In this document: one piece after another, positions 1 to 10,017 of the stretch
Numbering within the stretch: the first letter of the stretch is position 1
How the letters are laid out: each line of letters begins with the position of its first letter
DNA from: Chloroflexota bacterium
GTDB lineage: Bacteria; Chloroflexota; Anaerolineae; UBA2200
DNA length: 64,000 nt
NCBI GenBank assembly: GCA_030607875.1
Contig: JAUWJD010000007.1
Location: forward strand, 36,756-100,755
Reading direction: 5' to 3'
Position numbers and translations under genes: made by a program
Notes under the pieces: model-generated
Told to the model about the DNA's origin: nothing
The model's database searches: none
Seen by the model: the letters and a program-made list of their open reading frames with translations, nothing else

Positions 1-102
1 GATCAATGAGCGATATGCCGCCTCGTCGATCATCTCACCATCCACAAACGGGGTCACCAGGGCCGGGAATACTCCTTTGAACCAGTTAGGTTTCTTATTC
101 AT
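1..102 (-). CDS. DapA-like (DHDPS/NAL family) class I aldolase, N-terminal fragment; the gene continues past the left edge
   Basis: The reverse-strand ATG at 102 is followed by MNKKPNWFKGVFPALVTPFVDGEMIDEAAYRSLI. GV(F/L)PALVTPF is the usual N-terminus of this family and mirrors residues 10-19 of the 311..1768 product. Confidence 0.5.
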   Translation of the reverse strand, partial: MNKKPNWFKGVFPALVTPFVDGEMIDEAAYRSLI

Positions 103-113
103 TTGATACTCCC

Positions 114-308
114 TCAACGCTTGTAGCAGGCCACGAAACGAGCGATGGAGCGATCGTAGGTGCGCTCCACCTCTGGCGGGAACAGGCAGCCTGGAAGTTC
201 GCCGTAGCGACGGTGGTAGGCTATGCACTCACAGCAGATCCCCTTGCGGGAGCAGGGCTCGTAGGTGCAGGTGCAGGTAACCTTGGTCTCCTCTTGTTTG
301 CATTCCAT
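114..308 (-). CDS. Small Cys-rich protein, DUF6485-like
   Basis: 64 aa: [32 protein letters not shown]...[17 protein letters not shown]. The CTYEPC..KGICCEC..YH..LP.C.FP...TYDRS pattern matches my memory of DUF6485. It is tightly packed, 2 nt from the upstream gene. Confidence 0.6.
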   Translation of the reverse strand: MECKQEETKVTCTCTYEPCSRKGICCECIAYHRRYGELPGCLFPPEVERTYDRSIARFVACYKR

Positions 309-310
309 GC

Positions 311-1768
311 TCAGTGGCCTCCGTTGCCTCTGGCAGAAGATCCAGAGACTTGAAACGCATTCTTCAGTGCCTCGCTCATCGCGTGGTGAGCATTCCCATA
401 GAGTTTGTGGCGGTCCAACGCTTGTGGGTGGACAGTGACCTGGGCCATCATCACCTCATTGTCCCAGGCCGCTTGTGGGATCAACCCTGAAGCGAGGCCA
501 TCCGCGATGGCTCGGCCCACAGCAGCTTGCGTTGGCCCATAGATCATGTTTGCCTGTCGCAGGTTCCTGAGTTCGACGACTGGAACGATGAGCGTGGCAG
601 GGCGGACTGTGAGGTTGGGCTCCAGGATGGTGGTCAGGGCCTCGCGGCCGTGGCGCGGGTAAGTGAGTTGCAGCGCATACGCTTCACCAATAGGACCGTC
701 CTTGGGGCCCGCTACCAGGTCAATCTGCACCCTCTCCACATCCTCCCCAGCGACCGCCGTGCCCAGCCGGGCAGCAATCGGCTGCAGCACTTTTGCAGGC
801 AGACCCAGTGCGGCGAATCGATCCACTAAGGGCGCTTGCGGCGCCTCGGGTTCAACTGCCCTGGGGGTGATCTTGCCCAGTTTTTCCAGCTCCAGCCGTA
901 TCTCTGCCCGCACCTCATTGATCAACACTCCGCCTTGCCTGCGCAAGGGCCGCCGAGGCCTGCCGACCTTGACGCCCATCATGTTCAGAGCTGCTTTGAC
1001 CGCCACCCCGCCCCCGTGTCGGCAGAAAATGCGTGCCAGTTTCTGCACGCTGAACTGTAGTTCGCGGGCAGTGTCCAGATCGCCCTGTTGAACGGCAGAG
1101 TACACTTGCTGCCAGACCTCGGGAAAAACCTGAGCGCTAGCCAGAATCATGCCGCTGCAGCCACCCGCCAGGGCTGGCAGAACGACTTCGTCGTGACCGA
1201 TGAGCACGTTGAAGCGCCCTTTGGTCATCTCCAGCACTTCCATCGTATAGGTCAGATTCCCGGAGGAGTCCTTCAAAGCGATGATGTTGGGGATGTCTGC
1301 CAGGTCCTCGACGACGGTGCGGGGCAGGTAGGCGTCAACTACCTGGGGGATGTTGTACAGGACGATGGGAATGTCAACCGCGCTCGCCACTTCGTAGAAG
1401 TGCTGGTAAATGCCCTTGTCAGACGGGTGCAGGAAGTACGGTGTGACGACCAGACAGGCACTGGCCCCTGCGGCTTGGGCGGCACGTGCCAGTTGCACAG
1501 CTTGCCTGGTGGAAGGGGCGCCGGCACCGGCAACGACGGGAACTCGGCCCGCCACTTCGTCCACAACGATTTCAATGACCTGTTTCTGTTCGTCTGGAGT
1601 GAGGTAGATGAATTCGCCCGTTGTTCCGCAGGGCACAACTCCATCCACGTGTGGCAAGACGTGCCGTACTAATGCACGGAGGGCGGTTTCGTCTACCGCT
1701 TCATCCCTGATGAAGGGAGTCACTAATGCTGGAAGCACGCCGCGTGGTTGGAAAGTCGGATTCTTCAC
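311..1768 (-). CDS. Fusion protein: DHDPS/NAL-family pyruvate-type class I aldolase (about aa 1-295) plus a formaldehyde-activating enzyme (Fae)-like domain (about aa 325-485)
   Basis: The N-terminal part has GTTGE, LYNIP and the Schiff-base-lysine context IALKDSSG. The C-terminal part reads [13 protein letters not shown]...[21 protein letters not shown]...[27 protein letters not shown]...VTVHP. It aligns motif-for-motif with Methylobacterium Fae (HIDLIIGPRGSP...LLAVIAPNL.CKPNTL...FGPAQHGVAMAV.DAVAEGIIP...VFIH). Confidence 0.8.
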   Translation of the reverse strand: MKNPTFQPRGVLPALVTPFIRDEAVDETALRALVRHVLPHVDGVVPCGTTGEFIYLTPDEQKQVIEIVVDEVAGRVPVVAGAGAPSTRQAVQLARAAQAAGASACLVVTPYFLHPSDKGIYQHFYEVASAVDIPIVLYNIPQVVDAYLPRTVVEDLADIPNIIALKDSSGNLTYTMEVLEMTKGRFNVLIGHDEVVLPALAGGCSGMILASAQVFPEVWQQVYSAVQQGDLDTARELQFSVQKLARIFCRHGGGVAVKAALNMMGVKVGRPRRPLRRQGGVLINEVRAEIRLELEKLGKITPRAVEPEAPQAPLVDRFAALGLPAKVLQPIAARLGTAVAGEDVERVQIDLVAGPKDGPIGEAYALQLTYPRHGREALTTILEPNLTVRPATLIVPVVELRNLRQANMIYGPTQAAVGRAIADGLASGLIPQAAWDNEVMMAQVTVHPQALDRHKLYGNAHHAMSEALKNAFQVSGSSARGNGGH

Positions 1769-1882
1769 CCTATTGTCTCCTTCGAGTTTTCTCGTTTCAG
1801 GCCAGTCCAGGAGGCTCAGTGGGGTCCCTCGCTAGCAGATTCGCGACGAGGGACCCCACGCACTGAACTCTGGATGGGCGCG

Positions 1883-1980
1883 TTGCTGCTTCGTGCACCA
1901 AAGGTTGCTATCCCCCCCTTGGCTCGATTATCGCGTGAAAACGACTGCCTGAGTTTAGCAGTTTGACGCAGTACCCTGTA
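1883..1980 (+). repeat. Intergenic repeat family, copy A (short form)
   Basis: TTGCTGCTTCGTGCAC...TTGGCTCGATTATCGCGTGAAAACGACTGCCTGAGTTTAGCA..TTGACGCAGTACCCTGTA. The same ends and core recur at 48568, 51770 and 62346, and in reverse at 3812, 5695, 56010 and 58186. Confidence 0.85.
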
Positions 1981-1982
1981 AT

Positions 1983-2933
1983 TCACGGCTTGGGGATGGC
2001 CAGATCCGCGGGGCCGATTCCCGAAAGCTTGGCCTCTGGGAAGTTCTCCTGTATCAACTCGTGGATGATCTGGGCATATTTGACCTTCACGCGCGCCCAA
2101 TCAGCCAGCATCTGGGTGCTTACCCAGGGCTTGTACAGAGCTCCCGGTCCCGCCGCGCACGCCGGTCCTGGCTCGATCTTGAAGTAGCACGGGGAACAGG
2201 TCCGTGCCATCTCCGAGCCATCGTAGATGCGGATATAGCCACCGAAGGAATCGGTGAGGATGATGTGCAGGTCTAGGGGGATGTCGACGGCCTGGCGAAT
2301 TGAGGAAAACTGCGGCAGCGAGAGGTCAGCCACAGGATTGACCGATGCCGCTCCCAGTGATTCCAGGAGCTTGCATCCTGCAGCATTGGCGTGGCCGGCG
2401 TAGATGGAGACCTTGAAGACGATGTCTTCTGGGATGTCCCCGTTCCGCTTCATTTCGTTGAGCAGCCACAGCAGTCCTTCGTCAAACACCAAAAACCCGC
2501 GGAAGCCGATGTCAATGGCGCGCATGATGTCCGCGATGACCTGGCGCAGTTGATCGGAGCCACGGAAGCGCAAGCCAGAGAGGCCGCCCTCGGGAGTGAC
2601 GAGCTGCCGGCCCACATCCCATGACGCACGAGGGCCAGGGGTGAGGATAACCTCGATCTTGGCATCGGCGGCCATCTGCGCAAGGTCCTTCAGCTCCGCC
2701 TTATCCAGCAAGGTTGCGCCCATGACCACCGAGATGGCGCGGTGGATAGGTACCTTGCGCTTCTGCGACTCGTCGATGAGGGCCGCCATGACCGCGGGCC
2801 TCTCAATGCCAGAGATCTCCATGCGGTACCAGGCCCCATCCGGGAAGCGCTTGGTGCTGGTCGGCAGGTCGTAGGCGTCCCGTCCGGGGATGCCAATCCT
2901 CTCCATGGCTGCGGATACTTGATCCAGTTTCAT
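1983..2933 (-). CDS. Hypothetical protein, function not recognised
   Basis: A 316-aa ORF on the same strand as, and between, the aldolase genes, with coding-like composition. I cannot place it in a family from sequence alone. Confidence 0.6.
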   Translation of the reverse strand: MKLDQVSAAMERIGIPGRDAYDLPTSTKRFPDGAWYRMEISGIERPAVMAALIDESQKRKVPIHRAISVVMGATLLDKAELKDLAQMAADAKIEVILTPGPRASWDVGRQLVTPEGGLSGLRFRGSDQLRQVIADIMRAIDIGFRGFLVFDEGLLWLLNEMKRNGDIPEDIVFKVSIYAGHANAAGCKLLESLGAASVNPVADLSLPQFSSIRQAVDIPLDLHIILTDSFGGYIRIYDGSEMARTCSPCYFKIEPGPACAAGPGALYKPWVSTQMLADWARVKVKYAQIIHELIQENFPEAKLSGIGPADLAIPKP

Positions 2934-3032
2934 TGTCCATTCCTCCTTTGGAATATGCGGTTGGGATAGGTTAGTCGATTAGTTTCATGGTTGAGCGTGA
3001 CTGTCCAACTATCTGACCACATGACGAACCGA

Positions 3033-3776
3033 CTAGGTCTTGGGTACTTGGGCCGAGTCAGCCAGGAAACGTTCCACTCCGATGTCGGTTAGCGGATGCT
3101 TGAGCGCCTTCATCAGCACGGCGTAGGGAACAGTGGCAATGTCTGCGCCAGCCAGTGCAGCCTGGGTGATGTGCAGCGGATGGCGGATGCTGGCAGCAAT
3201 GATCTGGGTCTCGATGCCATAGGTGTCAAAGATCTGGGCGATATCGGCCACGACCTCCATTCCATCGTGGCCGATGTCATCAAGCCTGCCGACAAAAGGC
3301 GACACAAAGCTGGCACAAGAGATGGCAGCGAACAAGGCCTGGTTGGGCGAGAAAACGAGTGTGGCATTGATGCGAATGCCCCATGCGGCAGCCAGGCCGC
3401 GTGCGATGTCAATGTCGGTGCCGCACTCGCCGAACCAGGGGCAGCCCTGGCACAGTTGCTCCAGATCTACATCCTCCTGGCTGACCAGCTTCATAGCGCT
3501 CAACCCGGCGGCTGTGATGGGGATCTTGACCACTACGTGCGGTGACCAAGTGGCGATCTGTTTCGCTTCGGCCACCATTCCGTCCACATTGGTGCTCACC
3601 ACCTCGGCGCTGATGCGGTCCTGTACCAGATAGCAGATTTCGCGCGTGACTTCTTTGTAGTCTGCACGACCCGAGCTCAGCATCAAACTGGGGTTGGTGG
3701 TCACTCCGCTGATGAGCCCCATTTTCACTACTTCGCGAATCTCATCAATTTTGGCTGTGTCGAGAAATAGCTCCAT
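3033..3776 (-). CDS. Transaldolase-family protein (fructose-6-phosphate aldolase / TalC-like) with a Cys-rich insertion
   Basis: MELFLDTAKIDEIRE...ISGVTTNPSL...VVVKIPIT (Schiff-base Lys context)...SPFVGRLDD. It is about 30 aa longer than typical 215-220 aa members because of EDVDLEQLCQGCPWFGECGTDIDIARGLAAAW. Confidence 0.85.
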   Translation of the reverse strand: MELFLDTAKIDEIREVVKMGLISGVTTNPSLMLSSGRADYKEVTREICYLVQDRISAEVVSTNVDGMVAEAKQIATWSPHVVVKIPITAAGLSAMKLVSQEDVDLEQLCQGCPWFGECGTDIDIARGLAAAWGIRINATLVFSPNQALFAAISCASFVSPFVGRLDDIGHDGMEVVADIAQIFDTYGIETQIIAASIRHPLHITQAALAGADIATVPYAVLMKALKHPLTDIGVERFLADSAQVPKT

Positions 3777-3811
3777 ATTCAGTTACCTCCTTGTGTAGTC
3801 GTTTGGTCAGT

Positions 3812-4026
3812 TACAGAGTACTGCGTCAACAGTTCGTGCTCTGCATGCCCCGTGGGCACCCGTGGGCACCTGCGGGCGACGGGCGACAGCCGAAGGGTCG
3901 CGCACCGACGGGATGGCCGAAGGTCTCGCCGCAGGTGATGGCTCGACGGGATAGCTATACTCAGATGGTCCTTCTCAGGTCGTAGTTCGGTGAGATACAT
4001 TTAGCAATCCGTGCACGAAGTAGTAG
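3812..4026 (-). repeat. Intergenic repeat family, copy B (long form with GC-rich cassette)
   Basis: On the + strand it reads TACAGAGTACTGCGTCAACAG...GTGCTCTGCATGCCCCGTGGGCACC..GGGCGACGGGCGACAGCCGAAGGGTC...GTGCACGAAGTAGTAG. The ends are reverse complements of copy A's ends. Confidence 0.85.
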
Positions 4027-4036
4027 TTGGCTGGTC

Positions 4037-5686
<1,650 letters not shown>

Positions 5687-5694
5687 CTAGTCCT

Positions 5695-5790
5695 TACAGA
5701 GTACTGCGCCGAAGGTTGCTAAACGCAAATGGCCCTTCTCATACCTTGATTCGGTGAGATACGTTTAGATATCCGTGCACGAAGCAGTAG
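5695..5790 (-). repeat. Intergenic repeat family, copy C (short form, variant core)
   Basis: TACAGAGTACTGCG...TTGCTAAACG...TCTCA..TGAGA...GTGCACGAAGCAGTAG. It lies between the iorB stop and the pyrG start. Confidence 0.8.
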
Positions 5791-5855
5791 TCTTCCAATT
5801 CCTTGTTCATTGGTCGCTGATCGCAGAGTTCCCATTATCGACCACTGGCTGCTCC

Positions 5856-6467
5856 CTACACCCTTGGGCAGGGATGCGTCTTTTCCATCTCTTGTCGGCC
5901 GACCAAGAAAGCCTGTTCGTTGAGATCGGCAAACCTGGGCGGCACTCGATTGCGGACGGCTTCCAGCCATATGGGCAGTGGCACGTCGTGGAGCCAATGG
6001 GAAAGCGCACCGAGAAGCACTACGTTATTCACTCTCGTGTTGCCAAGTTCCTCAGCCAGAGCGTTGGCAGGCAGAAGGTAGTAGTTGGGTGTGAGCGCAC
6101 CCAGGACGGCCCGTAGGCGTTCGTCGTCGGGGTACTCGTCGCTGCCAGAGCTCACCGATAGAGGAGGGATGGCATATTCGTTGACCAGCACAATGCCACC
6201 CGGGCGCAGCATCTCGATGTGCCGCAAAGCCTCCAGCTTCTCAAAAGCGAGAAGAAAGTCAGCCTCACCTGGGCCAATCAAAGGGGAGTAGACTTTTATC
6301 CCCCAGCGCACCGAAGTGGTCACACTGCCCCCCCGCTGCGCCATCCCGTGCACTTCTGATTTTTTCACGTCGTACCCCGTGCGCAGCCCGACGGCGGCCA
6401 ACACATCACTGGCGAGAATGGTTCCCTGTCCTCCTACGCCAGCGAGCAGAAAATCGATCTTTGCCAT
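5856..6467 (-). CDS. iorB: Indolepyruvate:ferredoxin oxidoreductase, beta subunit
   Basis: MAKIDFLLAGVGGQGTILASDVLA...DVKKSEVHGMAQRGGSV...GEADFLLAFEKLEALR is the typical IorB signature. Confidence 0.85.
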   Translation of the reverse strand: MAKIDFLLAGVGGQGTILASDVLAAVGLRTGYDVKKSEVHGMAQRGGSVTTSVRWGIKVYSPLIGPGEADFLLAFEKLEALRHIEMLRPGGIVLVNEYAIPPLSVSSGSDEYPDDERLRAVLGALTPNYYLLPANALAEELGNTRVNNVVLLGALSHWLHDVPLPIWLEAVRNRVPPRFADLNEQAFLVGRQEMEKTHPCPRV

Positions 6468-6484
6468 TATGCGTCTTTTCCCCT

Positions 6485-8107
6485 CTACTGTCTAGTGCGC
6501 CGTGGACGAATGTTCATGCCATGCCCATAGTCATACAGGCCAGGAATGGAGACGGGTAGGGTACCTGTCGGAGAGACCTCTCCGAAGATGACTTTCGCAG
6601 CAGCTTCAGCATTCATCGCCGCCTTGCCATAGACTGCCAGGTAGGTCGTCACCTCTGGAAAACGAGCGAGGTCATAAGGGGTTCCAAAGGCCACCACGAT
6701 AAGAGGTCTGCCTGATTGCAGCAAGGCATGGACCAGGCTGGCCTGCCAGGAATCTGCGTGCCACGTACCGACAAGCAACAAGTCGGAATCTTGAGCCAAT
6801 TGAACGGCTTGCGTAAGCACTGTTTCCTTGCCTTGGGTACTTCTCAGGTCTACTGCCAACTCGACACAGGACACAGCGCGTTTTCTGACCAAATCCCCTA
6901 AAACGGTACCATCTTTGGTTGATGGAAGGACATTCGGACTGATCACCAGCACCTTACCCACCCTGGAAGGGTTGAGCGGAACCAGGTGCACCGAGTTCTT
7001 CACCAACGTTACGGCCTGTGCATGAATTGCTGCGATCTGCGCCGAGCTCTCCTGGCTGCCTATCGATCCTGCACCGGGAACCCCTGGCTGCTCAAAGAGG
7101 CCATAGTCCTCTTTTAGGCGGAGGATACGCGTCCCGGAAGCATCTACCCATGCTTCCGGGATATCTCCATTCTTCACGGCGTCGAGGAGAGTTTGGTACA
7201 TGCTGGATTGCTGTTCAAGACCTCCTGCCATCAGCACAAGATCAACCCCTGCTTGCACCGCCATGACAGCGGACTGACCTGGACTAAAGTCCTGCGTGAT
7301 GGCCTTCATGCCCATGTCATCGCTTATGATGACCCCGTCGTGGGAAAGCTCTTCCCGCAAAAGACCGCGTACGGTCCTGCGCGACAGCGTGGCGGGGATC
7401 AGCTTGCCATCATCCAGGGCTGGGTATGCCACGTGTGCGGTCATGATCATGCCCACGTGCGCTTCTATCGCCGATCGAAAGGGCACCAGTTCCGTTCTGT
7501 CCAGCTCCTCGCGCGTCTTGGGCACAACAGGCAACACCCGGTGCGAATCCGTGGGCGTGCTTCCATGGCCTGGGAAATGCTTCGCGGTCGCTATGACGCC
7601 ATGTCGTTGCAGGCTCTCAACGTAGGCTGTTCCCAAGGTCGTGACAAGATCAGGGGACTGGCCATAGGAGCGCAACCCGATTATGGGATTGAGTGGGTTG
7701 TCGTTCACGTCCAGAACGGGGGCCAAATTGGCGTTTATGCCCATGGAGCCAAGCTCTGTGGCGGCAATTCGGGCTACCTCGCTGGCCAGGCTGGGAGAAC
7801 GCGTAGCGCCTAGAGCCATACTGGCAGGCAGCTCGGTGACGCCTTGGCTGAACCGGTTGACGACTTCTCCCTCATGGTCGATGGCGACGATGAGCGGTAT
7901 CCCTGTGTCCTGCCGGGCCAGGCGTTGCAGATCCGTCGTCAACTGCCGGACCTGGGCTGGGTTTCGTAGGTTCCTCCGAAAGAGGATCACTCCGCCAACG
8001 TGGTAGTCCTGCACAAGACGTCGTGCCACTGGGCCAGCAGTCGTTCCGGGGATACCCACAATAAGCATCTGCCCGATCCTTTCTTGCAGGCTCATCTTGC
8101 TCAACAA
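6485..8107 (-). CDS. Glycoside hydrolase family 3 (NagZ-like beta-N-acetylhexosaminidase / beta-glucosidase-related)
   Basis: 540 aa. SLQERIGQMLIVG, AIDHEGG-like AIDHEGEVV, KHFPGHG and the nucleophile context VIISDDMGM, plus a C-terminal alpha/beta domain. Confidence 0.88.
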   Translation of the reverse strand: MLSKMSLQERIGQMLIVGIPGTTAGPVARRLVQDYHVGGVILFRRNLRNPAQVRQLTTDLQRLARQDTGIPLIVAIDHEGEVVNRFSQGVTELPASMALGATRSPSLASEVARIAATELGSMGINANLAPVLDVNDNPLNPIIGLRSYGQSPDLVTTLGTAYVESLQRHGVIATAKHFPGHGSTPTDSHRVLPVVPKTREELDRTELVPFRSAIEAHVGMIMTAHVAYPALDDGKLIPATLSRRTVRGLLREELSHDGVIISDDMGMKAITQDFSPGQSAVMAVQAGVDLVLMAGGLEQQSSMYQTLLDAVKNGDIPEAWVDASGTRILRLKEDYGLFEQPGVPGAGSIGSQESSAQIAAIHAQAVTLVKNSVHLVPLNPSRVGKVLVISPNVLPSTKDGTVLGDLVRKRAVSCVELAVDLRSTQGKETVLTQAVQLAQDSDLLLVGTWHADSWQASLVHALLQSGRPLIVVAFGTPYDLARFPEVTTYLAVYGKAAMNAEAAAKVIFGEVSPTGTLPVSIPGLYDYGHGMNIRPRRTRQ

Positions 8108-8216
8108 CTTCTGGGCCCCCTTGACATCTCTTCAAAGCCATGTTTGCCAGGCGCTGGGATGTTCTGAACACAGGCACATACGATTACATGCCCAGACCGT
8201 CGGTGACTCCGCTTCT

Positions 8217-10013
8217 TCAGTCCTCTGATACTTGCGCACGGAAAAGGATAGCCCGGCGTGCACAAACCTGCGCGCAGATCTCACATCCCGTGCACAGCAG
8301 CGGATCGATGCGCGCCTTGGGCCGGCCTGTCTTTGCGTCCAGCACATCGCTTTTGGCAATGGCCGGGCAGCCCACGTGGAAGCAGAGTTCGCAGCCGTTG
8401 CAGCGCTCCTCGTTCACCCGCAGAGGCAGCCATTGCTTCCTCACCTCAGGCAGGAGCACGCATTCTCGCCGGGCGATAACCACTGCTGGCTCGTCTGTCT
8501 GCACGCAATCCTCGAGCGCCGCTTGCACCTCCTTCAGATCATAAGAGTCCACGGCGTGCACTCTCTGAATGCCCATGGCCCGCACCAGTGTTTGTAAGTC
8601 CACCTGGCCTGTCTCGATGCCCTGCAGGGTGCGGCCGGTGCCAGGATTCTGCTGATGCCCGGTCATGGCGGTGGTGCGGTTATCGAGAATGATGGTGATG
8701 GTGTTGCTCTTGTTGTAAGCCACGTTGAGCAGTGCCGGCATGCCGGTGTGGAAGAAAGTCGAGTCACCAATGACGGCTACATGGTGCTGGGCGATGCCGG
8801 CCTTGGCCACACCGTGGGCCACGCCGACGCTTGCGCCCATGCAACCACAGGTGTGTACAGCTCCGAGAGGGGGCAGAAAGGCCAGCGTATAACATCCGAT
8901 GTCACCGTTCACCACCAGCCCGAGTTTGTTGGTAACGTAGAACACGCCGCGATGTGGGCAGCCGGGACAGAGGACCGGTGGGCGTGGTGGCAGCGCACCC
9001 TTCTCTGGCTGGACAGCCTTCACCTGTGCTGACTCAGGCAGCAATCCGGCCTTGATAGCGCATTCCCGCACGATCTGCTGATCAAGCTCGCCGCAGAGGG
9101 GGAAGATGCTCTTCCCTTCCGCGGGGATGCCCAGCAGGTGCATCTCTTGCTCGATGAACGGGTCCAATTCCTCGATCACGATCAAGCGCTCCACCTGCGA
9201 AGCAAACTCCCGCAGCAGCTTGGGGGGAACTGGATAGGTCATGCCCAGCTTCAAGATCGAGGCTTGGGGGAAAACCTCTCGTGCATATTGATAGGCCACT
9301 CCGTTGGACACGATGCCCAGCGAGCGGTCTTGGAGTTCGATGCGGTTGTAGGGGAAGGTCTCGGCAAACTCGGCCAGCTTGTGGATCCGTTCTTCGATCA
9401 CCGGGTGGCGGCGGCGGGCATGGCCGGGGACCATCACGTATTTCTGGGTGTCGATGCAGTATGATGGCTTCTCGGTGCGCTCAGGTGGGCGTGTGCCTTT
9501 CAGGTCTACCACGCCGTAGCAGTGGGAAATGCGCGTGGTCAGCCGCAACAGCACTGGTGTGTCGAACTGTTCGCTGATATTCAGCGCAACGCCCACCAAA
9601 TCACGTGCTTCTTGGCTGTCAGAGGGTTCCAGACACGGCACACGGGCGAACTTGGCGTAGTGGCGGTTGTCCTGCTCGTTCTGCGAGCTGTGCATGGAGG
9701 GGGCATCGGCGCTGATGATGACCAGACCGGCTTCCATTCCGGTCATGGAGGAATAGAAAAGGCTTTCGGCGGCTACGTTGAGGCCGACGTGTTTCATCAC
9801 TGCCATGGCCCGGCTGCCAGCGTAGGCAGCACCCACAGCCACATCAAGGGCCACCTTTTCATTGGGAGACCATTCGGCGTAAACGTTGGGCATGGGAGCA
9901 AGGGTCTCTAGGATTTCGGTGCTGGGTGTGCCCGGGTAGGCGGCGGCAAGACGCACCCCGCTTTCCCATGCTCCCCATGCTACCGCTTCGTTCCCAGACA
10001 GGAACCTCTCCAC
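8217..10013 (-). CDS. iorA: Indolepyruvate:ferredoxin oxidoreductase, alpha subunit (TPP-binding, 2x[4Fe-4S])
   Basis: LSGNEAVAWGAWESGV..., the TPP motif GDSTFFHTG, and CNGCELC..CP / CTGCEICAQVC ferredoxin motifs. I moved the start to the GTG at 10013, which has GGAGG 6 nt upstream. The longer ORF start would overlap the upstream gene. Confidence 0.9.
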   Translation of the reverse strand: MERFLSGNEAVAWGAWESGVRLAAAYPGTPSTEILETLAPMPNVYAEWSPNEKVALDVAVGAAYAGSRAMAVMKHVGLNVAAESLFYSSMTGMEAGLVIISADAPSMHSSQNEQDNRHYAKFARVPCLEPSDSQEARDLVGVALNISEQFDTPVLLRLTTRISHCYGVVDLKGTRPPERTEKPSYCIDTQKYVMVPGHARRRHPVIEERIHKLAEFAETFPYNRIELQDRSLGIVSNGVAYQYAREVFPQASILKLGMTYPVPPKLLREFASQVERLIVIEELDPFIEQEMHLLGIPAEGKSIFPLCGELDQQIVRECAIKAGLLPESAQVKAVQPEKGALPPRPPVLCPGCPHRGVFYVTNKLGLVVNGDIGCYTLAFLPPLGAVHTCGCMGASVGVAHGVAKAGIAQHHVAVIGDSTFFHTGMPALLNVAYNKSNTITIILDNRTTAMTGHQQNPGTGRTLQGIETGQVDLQTLVRAMGIQRVHAVDSYDLKEVQAALEDCVQTDEPAVVIARRECVLLPEVRKQWLPLRVNEERCNGCELCFHVGCPAIAKSDVLDAKTGRPKARIDPLLCTGCEICAQVCARRAILFRAQVSED

Positions 10014-10017
10014 GATC

